From positions 12,479 to 76,478 of the forward strand of contig DAOTTI010000012.1 in NCBI GenBank assembly GCA_034437795.1: a DNA stretch of 64,000 nucleotides, written 5' to 3'. A program made the translations under genes and the position numbers. Below are positions 1 to 10,371 of the stretch, piece by piece. The notes beneath the pieces were generated by a model, which saw only the letters and a program-made list of their open reading frames with translations, had not been told where the DNA came from and did no database searches. The stretch's first letter is position 1. Each line of letters opens with the position of its first letter. Source of the stretch: Chloroflexota bacterium (GTDB lineage Bacteria; Chloroflexota; UBA11872; UBA12225).

Positions 1-91
1 CCGCGCCGACAATGCCGCCGCCGATGACGACTACGTCGGCGGTGGCGGGCAGGCCCTCAGCGTAGCGGATGGGGTAGGGGCCTGATGGCAT
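1..91 (-). CDS. FAD-dependent oxidoreductase (DAO/sarcosine oxidase-like), N-terminus only; runs off the left edge
   Basis: Manual translation from ATG at 91 gives MPSGPYPIRYAEGLPATADVVVIGGGIVGA, a Rossmann GxGxxG dinucleotide-binding motif. It lies directly downstream of the SBP gene on the same strand. Confidence 0.7.
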   Translation of the reverse strand, partial: MPSGPYPIRYAEGLPATADVVVIGGGIVGA

Positions 92-136
92 GATAGATAG
101 GCGCTCCTTCGGTCTCGGGCCTGCACGCGCGGGGCG

Positions 137-1489
137 CTACCTCGTCGCCGGCGCCCTGGCGCGCAGGAAGTCGTTCACCTTCGGTACCAGGGCGTCGACG
201 ACCTGCTTGGCCGAGCGTTCGTTCCGCCAGAGCGCGCCGAGCTCCGGCATGATGATGTCGCGCTCGATCTCCTGCCAGTGGGGGAAGATGGGGTTCACGT
301 GGATGACGGTCTGGCCATCGGCGCCGACGTGCCGGCTCTTGGGCGGCAGATGGGGATCGACGGTCTGGAGGTACTGCACGGCCGACTTACGGCCGGGATA
401 GTAGACGATCGCCAGCTGCTTGGCGGTCTCCGCGCTGACCAGGTGCTGGAAGACGGCCCAGGCCTCTTCGTGGTGGCGCGAGGCGGCGACGATCAGCCAG
501 GCCACGCCGCCGCCGGTCGTCAGGCGCCTGCCCTTCCCTTTGGGGTTGACGGCGTTGTCCCAGCGGAAGGTGGCCCGCCGGTGCCGGACCACCTGCGCCA
601 CAGGCGCGATGCGCATAGCCACGTTTCCCCCACTAATGAACATGGCCTCGGCGCCGCCGGCGGCCATCTCTTCCTGAGGCGTCGGCGCGACGCGGTACCG
701 GTACATCAGGTCCTGCATGAACTGGAGCGCCTCCACCGCCCGCGGATCGTCGAGGGTGCAGCGAGTGAAATTCTCGTTGAAGAACTCGGCGCCGTTGGTC
801 CAGATCCACTGCCCGTAGCCGCCCCGCAGGCCCCGCCCGACGATGCAGCCATACTGCACGGTGCCAGCGCCGTCGCGCTTGGTGAGGCGGTCGGCCGCCT
901 TGAGAAAGGCGTCGAAGTCCCAGCCGGGGGCGTCGAGCTTGGTCGGCGGGTAGGACAGGCCCCCATTGTCGAAGAGGTTCTGGTTGACGTACAGGCTCTG
1001 GTTGGACATGCCGCGGGGCAGGCCGTACCTTCTGCCCTGCCATTGGTATTGCACGATGGCCATGTCGAAGAAGTCGGAGAGGTCATACCGGTCGCGCTTG
1101 AAGTAGGGATCAAGGGCCAGGAACTGCCCCTTGTCGATCAGTGGGAGCGCCTCCGTCGCCTCCAGCGCGGCGATGTCTGGAGGCGTGCCGGCGGCCAGGG
1201 CAGTCTCGAGGCGCTCGGGGCGCGAGGCGCCGGCCGGAAGGATGAGCGGCTCCAGCGCCGGACCGGCCGGATGCGCCGCCCGCCAGCGCTCCACGACAGC
1301 GTCAAAGAGGGGCTGCTCCTCAGCCGCCAGCTCCGTCAAGACCTGGACGGAGACGTTCGTCCGCAGCGCCGCCCTTTTCTCAGCGGCGCCCGGCGCGCGG
1401 CAGGCCGCCAGCGCCCCCAAGGCGGTCGTGGCCAGCGGCGCCGCCAGCAGCTCGCGGCGGTGGAGGCGTCGCTCAGTCGCGGGGCTCAT
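137..1489 (-). CDS. ABC-type extracellular solute-binding protein, family 1 (TAT/lipoprotein)
   Basis: Twin-Arg leader RRLHRRELLAA then LAAC lipobox; AAGTPPDI, LDPYFKRD, YGLP...LYVNQNLF motifs. Start moved from 1564 to the ATG at 1489. Confidence 0.88.
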   Translation of the reverse strand: MSPATERRLHRRELLAAPLATTALGALAACRAPGAAEKRAALRTNVSVQVLTELAAEEQPLFDAVVERWRAAHPAGPALEPLILPAGASRPERLETALAAGTPPDIAALEATEALPLIDKGQFLALDPYFKRDRYDLSDFFDMAIVQYQWQGRRYGLPRGMSNQSLYVNQNLFDNGGLSYPPTKLDAPGWDFDAFLKAADRLTKRDGAGTVQYGCIVGRGLRGGYGQWIWTNGAEFFNENFTRCTLDDPRAVEALQFMQDLMYRYRVAPTPQEEMAAGGAEAMFISGGNVAMRIAPVAQVVRHRRATFRWDNAVNPKGKGRRLTTGGGVAWLIVAASRHHEEAWAVFQHLVSAETAKQLAIVYYPGRKSAVQYLQTVDPHLPPKSRHVGADGQTVIHVNPIFPHWQEIERDIIMPELGALWRNERSAKQVVDALVPKVNDFLRARAPATR

Positions 1490-2283
1490 CAGGCAGGCGC
1501 CTCCCCGGCCACTCAAGGCGCGATGCTGATCGTGCTTGCCAGGCTCGCTTCGGCTCATCTTCATGCGTCCCTCCTACATGCCTCCTTTACGGAACCCCGA
1601 GAAACGCCGCTCTCCCGGCGCGGGCAGAGCAGCGGCTCACGTGCCGCCCTCCCATTCGCGTCGCCCGTTCTCGCGGCGCGCGGGGCGAGCGTCATCCCGC
1701 CGAGGGCGGTGAACTCCCAGCAGGTCAGTGCGTACCGGCAGCGCCATGCACCAGGCGGGAGCAGGGCCGCTGCCGCCGGCAGTGACCGCTAGAGGCAGGG
1801 TACTGCGGCCGGCCGCTGGAGTCAACCTGTCGGCAGAGAGGGGGAACGGGACGACAGCCCTCACCCCTGGCCCCCTCTCCCGCACGCGGGAGAGGGGGAA
1901 CGCGGGCCTTGGAGAGAGGTTCTCCCCCACGATGGCCCCGCCGCCCCCGCTCCGACGGGGGACGCGGAGACGCGGGGAGACGGGGTGAGGTCTTACTCGC
2001 GGCGCGCTGCGGTGCGGGGACCGCGGGACTACCGCAGCCTGCTGCTGGCGCATTACCTCGCGGCGCGCTGCGGTGCGGGGGCCGCGGAGGAACGCCGGTC
2101 ATAGCCTGGCGCGTTTGGCCAGCGGAGCCAATAGTCGCCTGCCAGATACGTGACCCGCTGGCCCGGGTTCTTCGCCAGCGGAGCCGGCACTGCCGCCCGC
2201 TGCGGGGGCCCCCGCTCTCCCACAGGGAGAGGGAACTCCTGCGTGGGCGAGGGAACGGATCACCGGCCACGAGAAATCCGGTC

Positions 2284-2367
2284 TACGTAGGCGCTGGTAC
2301 GTTCGTGCGGGACAGGACGGCCGGGCATCGATGGACAGGGCGGCGCGAACATGCCAGCGGATCCTTA
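2284..2367. mobile_element. MITE-like element family A, copy 1 (84 bp, TA-flanked)
   Basis: Near-identical to 18369-18452 and 53943-54026. Terminal inverted repeat GCTGGTAYGTTCG...CGAACAYRCCAGC. Its right TTA is the stop codon of the enolase gene. Confidence 0.7.
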
Positions 2368-3492
2368 GACCGCGTAGGCGACTGAGCCGTCCGCTCGGAG
2401 CGGGTTTCTCATGGGGTCCCACAGGGGGCGCCCTACCTCCTTTAATCGGGCCTCATCCAGCTTGACGCCCAGCCCGGGGGCATCCGGCACGGGCAGGTAG
2501 CCGCCCGTTCGTTTCAGCGCGCCTGGAAAGGCCGTGGCGACGGGGCCCTCGTCGGCCTTGGAGTACTCCTGGACGACAAAGTTGGGGATGGAGACATCCA
2601 GGTGCACCGACGCGGCCGTCAGCACTGGCCCGAGGAAGTTGTGCGTCACCACGGCGGCGTGGAAGGACTCGGCGATGGCGGCGATCTTCTTGCAGTGGGT
2701 GAGCCCGCCGGCCAACCCTACGTCAGGGCGCACGTACTGGCTGCCGCCGTAGACGAGTAGCTCGCGGAACTCCCAGATGGAGTGCATCCGCTCGCCGTTG
2801 GCCAGGGCGCTGGAGATGCGCCGCGCGATCTCGGCCTGGGACTGGATGCTATCGATCTGGATCGGGTCTTCGATGAACAGTGGATGGAAGCGGGCGATCG
2901 CCTCGGCGACGGGCACAGCCTGCAGGGGGGTGAGCTTACGGTGGAACTCGGTGATGAGGTCGACGTCCTTACCTACGGCCTCGCGGGCCGCTGCCACACG
3001 CTCCACCACGGCCGCGACCAGTCCTTCCAGGGTCATGTCCTGAAACCCCGCGGGAATGGGATCGAACTTGATGGCGGTAAAGCCTTCCTCGGCCGCGGCG
3101 CGGGCATTGGCCGCCAGCTGCTCCGGCGTGGCGCCACCCATCAGGAGATGCAGGCGCACCTTGTCACGGCACCTGCCGCCGAGCAGCTCCCAGATCGGGG
3201 CCTGGAACCGCTGGCCTTTGATGTCCCACAGGGCGATATCTACGGCGCTGACGGCGCCGCTGAGCACGGACCCGCGGAAGGGGGCCATCCGGTAGAGGTA
3301 CTGCCAGTGGTGCTCGATCCGCAGCGGGTCCTGCCCTACGAGATACTTGCGGAAGGTCTGGATCACCTCGTGTACCGCGTTCGGGTAGCCCCAGCAGGCC
3401 GTCTGGCCCAGGCCCACAATCCCATCCTCCGTGGTGATGCGGACGAACAGGCTGCCGCCGACCAGGATAGGCTCCACCTCAGCAATCTTCAT
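2365..3492 (-). CDS. Mandelate racemase/muconate lactonizing family enzyme, galactonate dehydratase (DgoD)-like
   Basis: SAVDIALWDIKG, TAIKF, FIEDP, ANGER, RPDVGLAGG, HN.LGP and IPNFVVQE motifs of the enolase superfamily acid-sugar dehydratases. Confidence 0.88.
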   Translation of the reverse strand: MKIAEVEPILVGGSLFVRITTEDGIVGLGQTACWGYPNAVHEVIQTFRKYLVGQDPLRIEHHWQYLYRMAPFRGSVLSGAVSAVDIALWDIKGQRFQAPIWELLGGRCRDKVRLHLLMGGATPEQLAANARAAAEEGFTAIKFDPIPAGFQDMTLEGLVAAVVERVAAAREAVGKDVDLITEFHRKLTPLQAVPVAEAIARFHPLFIEDPIQIDSIQSQAEIARRISSALANGERMHSIWEFRELLVYGGSQYVRPDVGLAGGLTHCKKIAAIAESFHAAVVTHNFLGPVLTAASVHLDVSIPNFVVQEYSKADEGPVATAFPGALKRTGGYLPVPDAPGLGVKLDEARLKEVGRPLWDPMRNPLRADGSVAYAV

Positions 3493-3689
3493 GGCGCGTC
3501 TCTCCTCTGGAGCCTGAATGCTACCGCGCCCGCTGCCGGCGGCGCCGGTTCGACGTTCAGATCAGGGGCACGGGCACGCAGCCGCGGGGGTCGGGCGCCG
3601 GCTCCGTCCCTGAGCCGAGACCAGCCCTCGGCCGCTGCCGGCCCGCTCGCGCAACGGCACAGGCACGCCGAGCGTGTAGACTACAGGGC

Positions 3690-4982
3690 ATGCGCCTGCT
3701 GGGACGATCAGTGAGACGCCGGACGGCCCTTGAGCGCGGGGCACGGGCCCTGCTGGGCGGGGGCCTGCTTGCGGCCGGCAGCGGGTGCCGGCCGCCGGAG
3801 TGGGGGCGGCCGGTAGGGGCAGCGGAGGTGTACGTCGGGCTCGGCCGGGCGCGGGAGGTGGCCATCCTGGACGCGGTGACGGACACGGTGCGCCGGCGCG
3901 TTTCGCTGGCCCCGCTGGGGGAGCGCGGCCTGCCATGGCGGCTGGGGGTCGGGCCGGCGGGGAACGCGGCCATGGTCCCGCTGGTGGGCAACGAGCCCCG
4001 CGTGGGGCTCATCGCTCCGGCGCCGTCTGCGGAGGGGCGTGGCGGAGGTGTACGCTGGCGGCAGACGGGAAGCGGGCGCGCCGGCGGCGATGGATCGCAG
4101 GAGTGCGCCTGGCTGCGGGTGGGGACGGGGCGCCCGCCGCCCGCGCGCGCCGGCGCGTGGATTGCTCCGGAGGCGCCGCAGACGCTGACCGCCGACGCCC
4201 GCGGGCAGGCCTACGTCCTGCTGGCCGACGCCGCCGGTCGGGAGCCGTCGCACGCGGCGGTGGTCGACCTCCGGCGGGGAACCGTGCTGCGCCACCTGCC
4301 GCTCTCCCCCGCGGGGGAAAGCGTGCTGGCCCTGCTGGCCTTACCAGACGGGGACCGCCTGATCGCGGCCGTATGGCGGTGGGCCAGCACCGGAGCCGGT
4401 GGGAGCCGGCCCGCTGCCGGACGGCTGGTGCTCCTGGACGCGCGGACGGGCGCCATCCGGGCGCGATCCGGCCTCCCCGACGACGCCGCGGTGACCGACC
4501 TGGCGCTGGCGGCGCCTCCGCCCGGCGCCGCGGGAGCCGGCGGGCTGGCCATCTATGCGGTGGTGGGGACGCCCGGCCCGGCGCTGGACGAGGATGACTG
4601 GTGGGCGCCGACCACACAGTTCGAGCTGGCCGCACTGGACCAGACAACGCTGGACGTGCTGGCGGTCTGGCCGCTCGAGCGCCGGCCCCAGGCCCTGGCG
4701 GTGGCGCCGGATGGGAGCCGCGCCTACCTGCTGGTGGGCCTGCCAGGCGGCTGGGGCTGGTCGCAGCGCGTAGTCGTGCTCGATCTGGTTGGCGGCGGGG
4801 CGCGCCGCGTCTGGCCGCTGCCGTCGGGCGGCTTCGGGCTGGCGCTGAGCGCCGCTGGCAAGCTCTACGTCGCGGACGCCTTTGGCGACCGGCTGTGGCG
4901 GGTGGACACGCGCACGGACACTTTCCTGGGCAGCATCCCGCTGGCCGGCGCTCCCATCGCCATCGCCGCCCGCCCCGCGTGA
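3690..4982 (+). CDS. Putative lipoprotein with YncE/YVTN-like beta-propeller
   Basis: Arg-rich leader plus LAAGSGC. Repeated blades (LAVAPDGSRAYL, LALSAAGKLYVAD, VDTRTDTFLGSIPL...PIAIA). Confidence 0.65.
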   Translation: MRLLGRSVRRRTALERGARALLGGGLLAAGSGCRPPEWGRPVGAAEVYVGLGRAREVAILDAVTDTVRRRVSLAPLGERGLPWRLGVGPAGNAAMVPLVGNEPRVGLIAPAPSAEGRGGGVRWRQTGSGRAGGDGSQECAWLRVGTGRPPPARAGAWIAPEAPQTLTADARGQAYVLLADAAGREPSHAAVVDLRRGTVLRHLPLSPAGESVLALLALPDGDRLIAAVWRWASTGAGGSRPAAGRLVLLDARTGAIRARSGLPDDAAVTDLALAAPPPGAAGAGGLAIYAVVGTPGPALDEDDWWAPTTQFELAALDQTTLDVLAVWPLERRPQALAVAPDGSRAYLLVGLPGGWGWSQRVVVLDLVGGGARRVWPLPSGGFGLALSAAGKLYVADAFGDRLWRVDTRTDTFLGSIPLAGAPIAIAARPA

Positions 4983-5001
4983 GGTTGGCCCGTGTCGCTC
5001 A

Positions 5002-5226
5002 TAGCCTGGCGATTTCAAATGCGAAGCCCTCTCCCGGAGGGAGAGTAGCGAGTAGCGAGTGCCGAGTAACGAGCAGCGAGTGGCGAGGCCCCCAACGCTC
5101 GCCCAAAGGGAGACGGAACTCCTCGCTCTGCCAGAGGGAGCGGGGGCTCCTCGCTCTGCCAGAGGGGGCTCCTCGTCCTGCCAGAGGGAGACGGAACTCC
5201 TCGCTGGCCGTGGAGAGGCCAGGTTA
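5002..5226. repeat. Expanded MITE-like family B copy with internal heptamer (GAGTAGC-type) and CTCCTCGCTCTGCCAGAGGG tandem units
   Basis: Starts TAGCCTGGC and ends GCCAGGTTA, contains a CCCTCTCCC/GGGAGAG hairpin. The terminal TTA is the recD2 stop codon. Confidence 0.6.
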
Positions 5227-8040
5227 GCGAGGGGGATCACTGGGCGCTCCGCCGGAGAGTAGCCCTTCCCATCCTTGCCAGGGGTCCGGCGCGTCCCATG
5301 GCTCCACTGCGTCCGCATCGTGGAAGGCCACCGCCGGCGTAGCGGCCCGGCCGGCGCCGGGCGGGCGGTGGGGCCAGGTGAAGGAGAGGGTCCCCGCCAG
5401 GAGGGCGCCGAGCGCCGTGTGGCGGGGCTCGCGCCGCCAGTCGCGCACGGCCAGGCGCAAAGCCTTGTAGTGCCCGACGATGACTACCAGCTGCCGCGCG
5501 CGGGTGAGGGCGGTGTAGAGCAACGTGCGGCTGAGCATGGGGGCGTGGCTGGTGAGCAGCGGGATCACGACGGCGGGGAATTCGGCGCCCTGGGCCTTGT
5601 GCACACTGATGGCGTAGGCGTGCGTCAGGGCCAGCAGTCCGGCGGCGGGATAGCGGACCTCCCGCCCGTCGTCGAGCACCAGGGTGAGCTGCTGCTCCAC
5701 CGGGTCCACCGCCTGCACCGTTCCCAGGTCGCCGTTGAACACGCTCAGCTCGTAGTCGTTCTGGAGCTGGAGCACGCGATCGCCCGGCCGGTAGACGCGC
5801 CCGCCGGCGCGCAGCTCCGGCAGCCCCGGGCGCGCCGGGTTGAGGCGCTCTTGCAGGAGAAGGTTGAGCATGCCCACGCCGGCCTCACCGCGGTGCATCG
5901 GCGCGAGCACCTGCACCTCGCCCCGCGCAAAGCCGTAGCGCGCCGGCAGGCGCTGCGCCACGAGGTCCACGACCACCTGCGCGGCCTGCTGGGGCGTCTC
6001 TGCGGGGAGGAAGAAGCAATCCTGGACCTTGCCCAGGGCGCGACCGAAGAGCGGGAGTTCGCCGGCATTGATGCGGCGCGCGTTCTGGGCGATGCCCGAG
6101 CCGGCGCCCTGGCGGAAGATGTGGCAGAGGCGCGTGACGGGGAACTGCCCGCAGCCGAGCAGGTCGGCCAGCACGTCCCCCGCGCCGACGCTGGGCAGCT
6201 GGTCGGGATCACCGACGAGCAGCAGGTGGGTGCCGGGGGCGAGCGCCTTGACCAGCTGGTTGGCCAGCAGGGCGTCGAGCATGCTCGCCTCGTCCACCAC
6301 CACCAGGTCCGCCTCCAGCGGCCGGCCGGCGTGGCGCCCCGCCTGGCCGCCGGGGCGTAGCTCCAGGACGCGGTGCAGCGTGCCGGCGGCCAGGCCGGTC
6401 GCCTCCTCCATGCGTTTCGCGGCGCGGCCGGTCGGCGCCGCCAGGACGCAGCGCAGGCGCTTGACCCTGGCCAGGGTGAGGATGGCCCGCAGGGTGTGCG
6501 TCTTGCCGGTCCCCGGGCCGCCGGTGAGGAGCGATACCGGCTCAGTGAGCGCCATGCGCACGGCCGCCTCCTGCTCGGGGGCGAGGACCAGCCGGTGGCG
6601 CTGAGCCAGCCAGCGGAAGGCCGCCGGCCAGTCGACCTGCCTGAAGTGGCGGCCGGCGGGCGTGCCATCGGGGCGCTGGGCGGCCGCTTGCAGGGCGCGC
6701 AGCCGGCCGGCCACGCTCGTTTCCGCCCGCGCAAACGGCGCCAGGGCCAGGAGCTGGACCGGGCGGGGCGGCGGCCCCTGGCGGGGGCCATCTTCCAGCC
6801 CCTCGTATGGCGCCGGCGCCTCGGCCACCATGGCCGGCCGCGGGCCCGTCGCGGCGCCGGTGGGGGCGCCCCCCTCGCGGCCAGCGCCTGTCAACCCCGG
6901 CGGGGAGCTACGGCCAGGGGGCACGGGCCCTAGCCGGCCGGACAGCGGCCGGTGGGTACGGGCCAGGGCCGGCCCGGCCAGAGGTACGCCGGCCGGGTTG
7001 GTGGCGCCGGCAGCCGGGGGGCGAGGCGTCGCAGCCAGGACCTCGCCCCGTTCACGCAGGGTGGCGATGACCTCCCCCAGGCGGGCGGCGTCCACGCCGA
7101 GGAGAGCGGCCGCGCGCCTGGCCAGGGCCTCATCGGGCAGCAAGGTATGGCCTTCATCGGCGGCCTCGCCCAGGGCGTGCAGCACCCCCGCCTGCAGGCG
7201 CTCTGGGGCATCTGGGGTAATCCCCACGGCCTGGGCGATCTTGTCCGCCGTCTTGAACCCGATGCCCCACACCTCACGCGCCAGCCGGTACGGCTCCTGC
7301 TGGATCACGCGGGCGCTCTCATTGCCGAAGCGCTTGAAGATGCGCACCGCCAGCGAGGTGGAGACGCCGTACCCCTGCAGCGCGACCATCACCTCGCGGA
7401 TGTGGCGCTGCTCTTCCCAGGCGGCGGCGATCCGGCGCGCGCGGATGGGGCCGATCCCCGGCACTTCGGTCAGGCGCTCCGGCGTGGTATCGATCACCTC
7501 CAGCGTGGCCTCACCGAAGGTATCCACGATCCGCCCGCCCATGACGGGGCCGACGCCCTTGACCAGGCCGCTGCCCAGGTACTTCTTCATGCCCTGCAGG
7601 GTGGCCGGCAGCGTGGTGCGGTACTCGACGGCGACGAACTGCCAGCCGTACTTGGGGTCGTTCTTCCACCAGCCGCGGGCGACGATCGCCTCGCCCGGCG
7701 TCAGATCGGCCAGGGTGCCGACGACGGTGACCAGATGGTCGGGGCCGCTGTGACGGGCTGCCGCTAGCTCAGCGGGCGGACGCTCGGGCGCCAGGCGGGC
7801 GACGGTGTACCCGTTCTCGGGATTGTGGAACGTGATCCGCTCCACGACGCCACGGAGCTCTCGGAGGTCGGGTCCATCGCGTCCATCACGTCCATCACGT
7901 CCACCACGGCCGCCAAGCGGCGCAGCCGGGGGCCGGCCCCGAGCGACGCCTGAGGAGGCATCCAGAATCACAAGCAAGACCATACCAGCAGATAGGGCGC
8001 GCCGAGCACGCCGCTGGAGACGGCCGGCCCCGCGGGACAC
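5224..8040 (-). CDS. recD2: ATP-dependent RecD-like DNA helicase RecD2 (true start uncertain, probably downstream of 8040)
   Basis: VERITFHNPENGYTV N-terminus; YLGSGLVKGVGP and GIGFKTAD HhH motifs; Walker A TGGPGTGKT; VVDEASMLD, VGDPDQLPSVGAG, YAISVHKAQGAEF, LLYTALTRAR. Confidence 0.95.
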   Translation of the reverse strand: MSRGAGRLQRRARRALSAGMVLLVILDASSGVARGRPPAAPLGGRGGRDGRDGRDGPDLRELRGVVERITFHNPENGYTVARLAPERPPAELAAARHSGPDHLVTVVGTLADLTPGEAIVARGWWKNDPKYGWQFVAVEYRTTLPATLQGMKKYLGSGLVKGVGPVMGGRIVDTFGEATLEVIDTTPERLTEVPGIGPIRARRIAAAWEEQRHIREVMVALQGYGVSTSLAVRIFKRFGNESARVIQQEPYRLAREVWGIGFKTADKIAQAVGITPDAPERLQAGVLHALGEAADEGHTLLPDEALARRAAALLGVDAARLGEVIATLRERGEVLAATPRPPAAGATNPAGVPLAGPALARTHRPLSGRLGPVPPGRSSPPGLTGAGREGGAPTGAATGPRPAMVAEAPAPYEGLEDGPRQGPPPRPVQLLALAPFARAETSVAGRLRALQAAAQRPDGTPAGRHFRQVDWPAAFRWLAQRHRLVLAPEQEAAVRMALTEPVSLLTGGPGTGKTHTLRAILTLARVKRLRCVLAAPTGRAAKRMEEATGLAAGTLHRVLELRPGGQAGRHAGRPLEADLVVVDEASMLDALLANQLVKALAPGTHLLLVGDPDQLPSVGAGDVLADLLGCGQFPVTRLCHIFRQGAGSGIAQNARRINAGELPLFGRALGKVQDCFFLPAETPQQAAQVVVDLVAQRLPARYGFARGEVQVLAPMHRGEAGVGMLNLLLQERLNPARPGLPELRAGGRVYRPGDRVLQLQNDYELSVFNGDLGTVQAVDPVEQQLTLVLDDGREVRYPAAGLLALTHAYAISVHKAQGAEFPAVVIPLLTSHAPMLSRTLLYTALTRARQLVVIVGHYKALRLAVRDWRREPRHTALGALLAGTLSFTWPHRPPGAGRAATPAVAFHDADAVEPWDAPDPWQGWEGLLSGGAPSDPPR

Positions 8041-8331
8041 CCCACTATGGGATGAGCGCCCATGAACGACGGGATAGCGCCCGCGCCGCGCCGGGTGTGC
8101 AACCAGTGTCCACGACTGGTGGAGCCCTCACCCTTGCCCGGGGTTCCGGCTGGAGGCGGGACGACTAACAGGGAGAGGGAACGCAATGGCGCCCGCACGG
8201 CGTAGGTGGTTGCACAGGCGCGCCTGCCGCGACGCGCTGAACTGCAGCGCCTGGGCGGCGCCAGCCGGGGCTGCACGGCCGCGCCTGTCGGCACGCGCTC
8301 CGTAGCCAGCCAGACGGTAGCATGATGGCTC

Positions 8332-9330
8332 ATGAACGACGGCAACGACGACAACGACGGCCAGGACGGTAACGGGCCACGGCTGGGGATCGAGGGCACG
8401 CGGTTCACGCTCGACGGGAGGCCGGCGTTCCTGCTGGGCATCAGCTACTACGCTGGGCAGGGCGCGCCTGAGGCCATCCTGCGCGAAGACCTGGAGCGCA
8501 TCCGCGAGCACGGCTTCAACTGGATCCGCGTGTGGACGACGTGGGCAGCCTTCGGCCACGACGTCTCGTCGGTGGACGGGGACGGGTTCCCGCGGGCGCC
8601 CTATCTGGATCGGCTGGAGGCGCTGGTGGAGGAGTGCGGCCAGCGGGGGCTCGTCGTGGACGTGACCTTCTCGCGCGGCAATGGAGTGACGGGCCCCCCG
8701 CGACTGCAGGGCCTGGAGGCGCACCAGCGGGCGGTGGCGGTGGTGGTCAACCGCCTCAAGGGGCGCCCGAACTGGTACCTCGACCTCGCCAATGAGCGCA
8801 ATCTCAAGGACCAGCGCTTCGTCAGCTACGACGAGTTGCAGGCGCTCCGCCGGCTGGTGCGGGAACTGGATCCGGCGCGGCTGGTGACGGCGTCGCATGC
8901 GAGCGCCGACCTGACGCGGGACGACGTGCGCGAGTACGTGCACACGGTTGGCGTGGACTTCCTTGCGCCGCACCGGCCGCGCCATGCGGGCTCGCCAGCG
9001 CAGACGGCGGACCGCACGCGGGAGGCGCTGGCATGGGGACGAGAGCTCGGCAAGCCGGTGCCGGTACACTACCAGGAGCCGTTCCGGCGAGGCTTCGGGA
9101 GGTGGGAGCCACCGGCCGCCGCCTTTCTGGAGGACCTGCAGGGGGCACTATCCGGCGGGGCGGCGGGGTGGTGCTTCCACAACGGCGACCGGCGGCAGGA
9201 CCCTGACGGGCGGCCGCGGCGCTCGTTCGACCTGCGGGAGCAGGGCCTGTTCGAGCAGCTGGATGAGGAAGAGCGCCGGGTGCTGGCGGCGATTCGCCGG
9301 CTGGACCTCTCCAGGTGGACCGAGGCATGA
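8332..9330 (+). CDS. Glycoside hydrolase-like TIM-barrel protein (GH5/GH-A clan-like)
   Basis: FTLDGRPAFLLGISYY, GFNWIRVW, DLANE (acid/base Glu), PVHYQEP (nucleophile-like Glu). No signal peptide. Confidence 0.65.
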   Translation: MNDGNDDNDGQDGNGPRLGIEGTRFTLDGRPAFLLGISYYAGQGAPEAILREDLERIREHGFNWIRVWTTWAAFGHDVSSVDGDGFPRAPYLDRLEALVEECGQRGLVVDVTFSRGNGVTGPPRLQGLEAHQRAVAVVVNRLKGRPNWYLDLANERNLKDQRFVSYDELQALRRLVRELDPARLVTASHASADLTRDDVREYVHTVGVDFLAPHRPRHAGSPAQTADRTREALAWGRELGKPVPVHYQEPFRRGFGRWEPPAAAFLEDLQGALSGGAAGWCFHNGDRRQDPDGRPRRSFDLREQGLFEQLDEEERRVLAAIRRLDLSRWTEA

Positions 9331-9484
9331 GGAGCACAGGCTCCTTCTCGCCTTGGGAGATGGCGAGGGTGAGGGCTCCACGGGGATATTCCTTCTCCCC
9401 TTTGCGAGAGGGCGAGGGTGAGGGCTCCGCTTGGAGATACTGGGCGCACCTGGGCATAAGCGTCTGGTGGCCGGGTACGGTCCT

Positions 9485-10261
9485 ATGGCAGATGATGTGA
9501 GCACCCCCTGGTACCGGCCGTTCTTTGGTGACGACTACCTGCGGGTCTATGCGCCCCGGCTCACGCCGCAGCGGACGGCGCAGGAGGTGGAGGGCATCGT
9601 CAAGCTGCTCGGGCTCCCGGCGGGGAGCGCCATTCTCGATCTGTGCTGCGGCCACGGGCGCCACGCCATTCCGCTGGCACAGCGGGGCTATCGCGTGACC
9701 GGCCAGGATCTGAGCGAGACCTTTCTGCGCCAGGCGGAAGCGAGCGCCGCGGCGGTGGGCGTTCGGGTGCAATGGGTGCGGCGGGACATGCGGGAGATGC
9801 CGTTCGAGAGCGAGTTCGACGCGGTGATCAACGTCTTCACCGCCTTTGGTTACTTCGAGCGTGAAGCAGATGACCAGCGGGTGCTGGAGGAAGTGCAGAA
9901 GGCGCTCAAGCCGGGCGGGGTGTTCCTCCTGGAGACGATGCACCGCGACGCCCTCGCGCGCAGGTTTCAGCCGTATGGGATTACGCGCCACGAGGACGGG
10001 CTGCTCGTGCTCGAAGAGCGGCGGTTCGACCAGGTGCGCGGGCGCAACGACGTGCTTCTGACCATGATCCACGCCGATGGCCGGCGCGTCGAGCACCGCC
10101 ATTCGGTACGTATCTACACGGCCACGGAGCTGGCGAGCATGTGCGCCGCGGCCGGTCTGCCGGTCGACGCCAGCTATGGCGGCCTGGACGGGAGCCCGCT
10201 GACCCTGGACAGCCGCCTGGCGCTGCTCTGCCGAAAGCCGGCCGCGAAGGCGGCGGGCTAG
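9485..10261 (+). CDS. Class I SAM-dependent methyltransferase
   Basis: ILDLCCGHGRH motif I, VTGQDLS, FDAVINVFTAFGYF, LKPGGVFLLE. Start placed at ATG 9485. Confidence 0.9.
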   Translation: MADDVSTPWYRPFFGDDYLRVYAPRLTPQRTAQEVEGIVKLLGLPAGSAILDLCCGHGRHAIPLAQRGYRVTGQDLSETFLRQAEASAAAVGVRVQWVRRDMREMPFESEFDAVINVFTAFGYFEREADDQRVLEEVQKALKPGGVFLLETMHRDALARRFQPYGITRHEDGLLVLEERRFDQVRGRNDVLLTMIHADGRRVEHRHSVRIYTATELASMCAAAGLPVDASYGGLDGSPLTLDSRLALLCRKPAAKAAG

Positions 10262-10371
10262 ACGACCCTGACTAGCAGCGGCGCCTTCACCGCCGCCCGC
10301 TGCGCAGGCTCCCGCTCTCCCACAGGGAGAGGGAACCGCCCTCGCCCCGGCCCCTCCCAGAGAGAGGGAAC

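Noticed and set aside
1565-2283. Several 80-180 aa ORFs in the long intergenic region
   Set aside because: They translate hairpin repeats and a local 26-bp duplication (about 1995 and 2054) into Arg/Pro/Gly-rich sequence. None has an RBS or a motif.
2284-2367. Family A repeat as a tRNA or riboswitch
   Set aside because: No cloverleaf, T-loop or CCA end and no aptamer I recognise. It lies at gene 3' ends, and its TA-flanked inverted termini fit a MITE better.
2365-3492. Assigning the symbol dgoD
   Set aside because: Subgroup motifs match, but no other dgo genes are adjacent and substrate specificity in this superfamily cannot be read from motifs.
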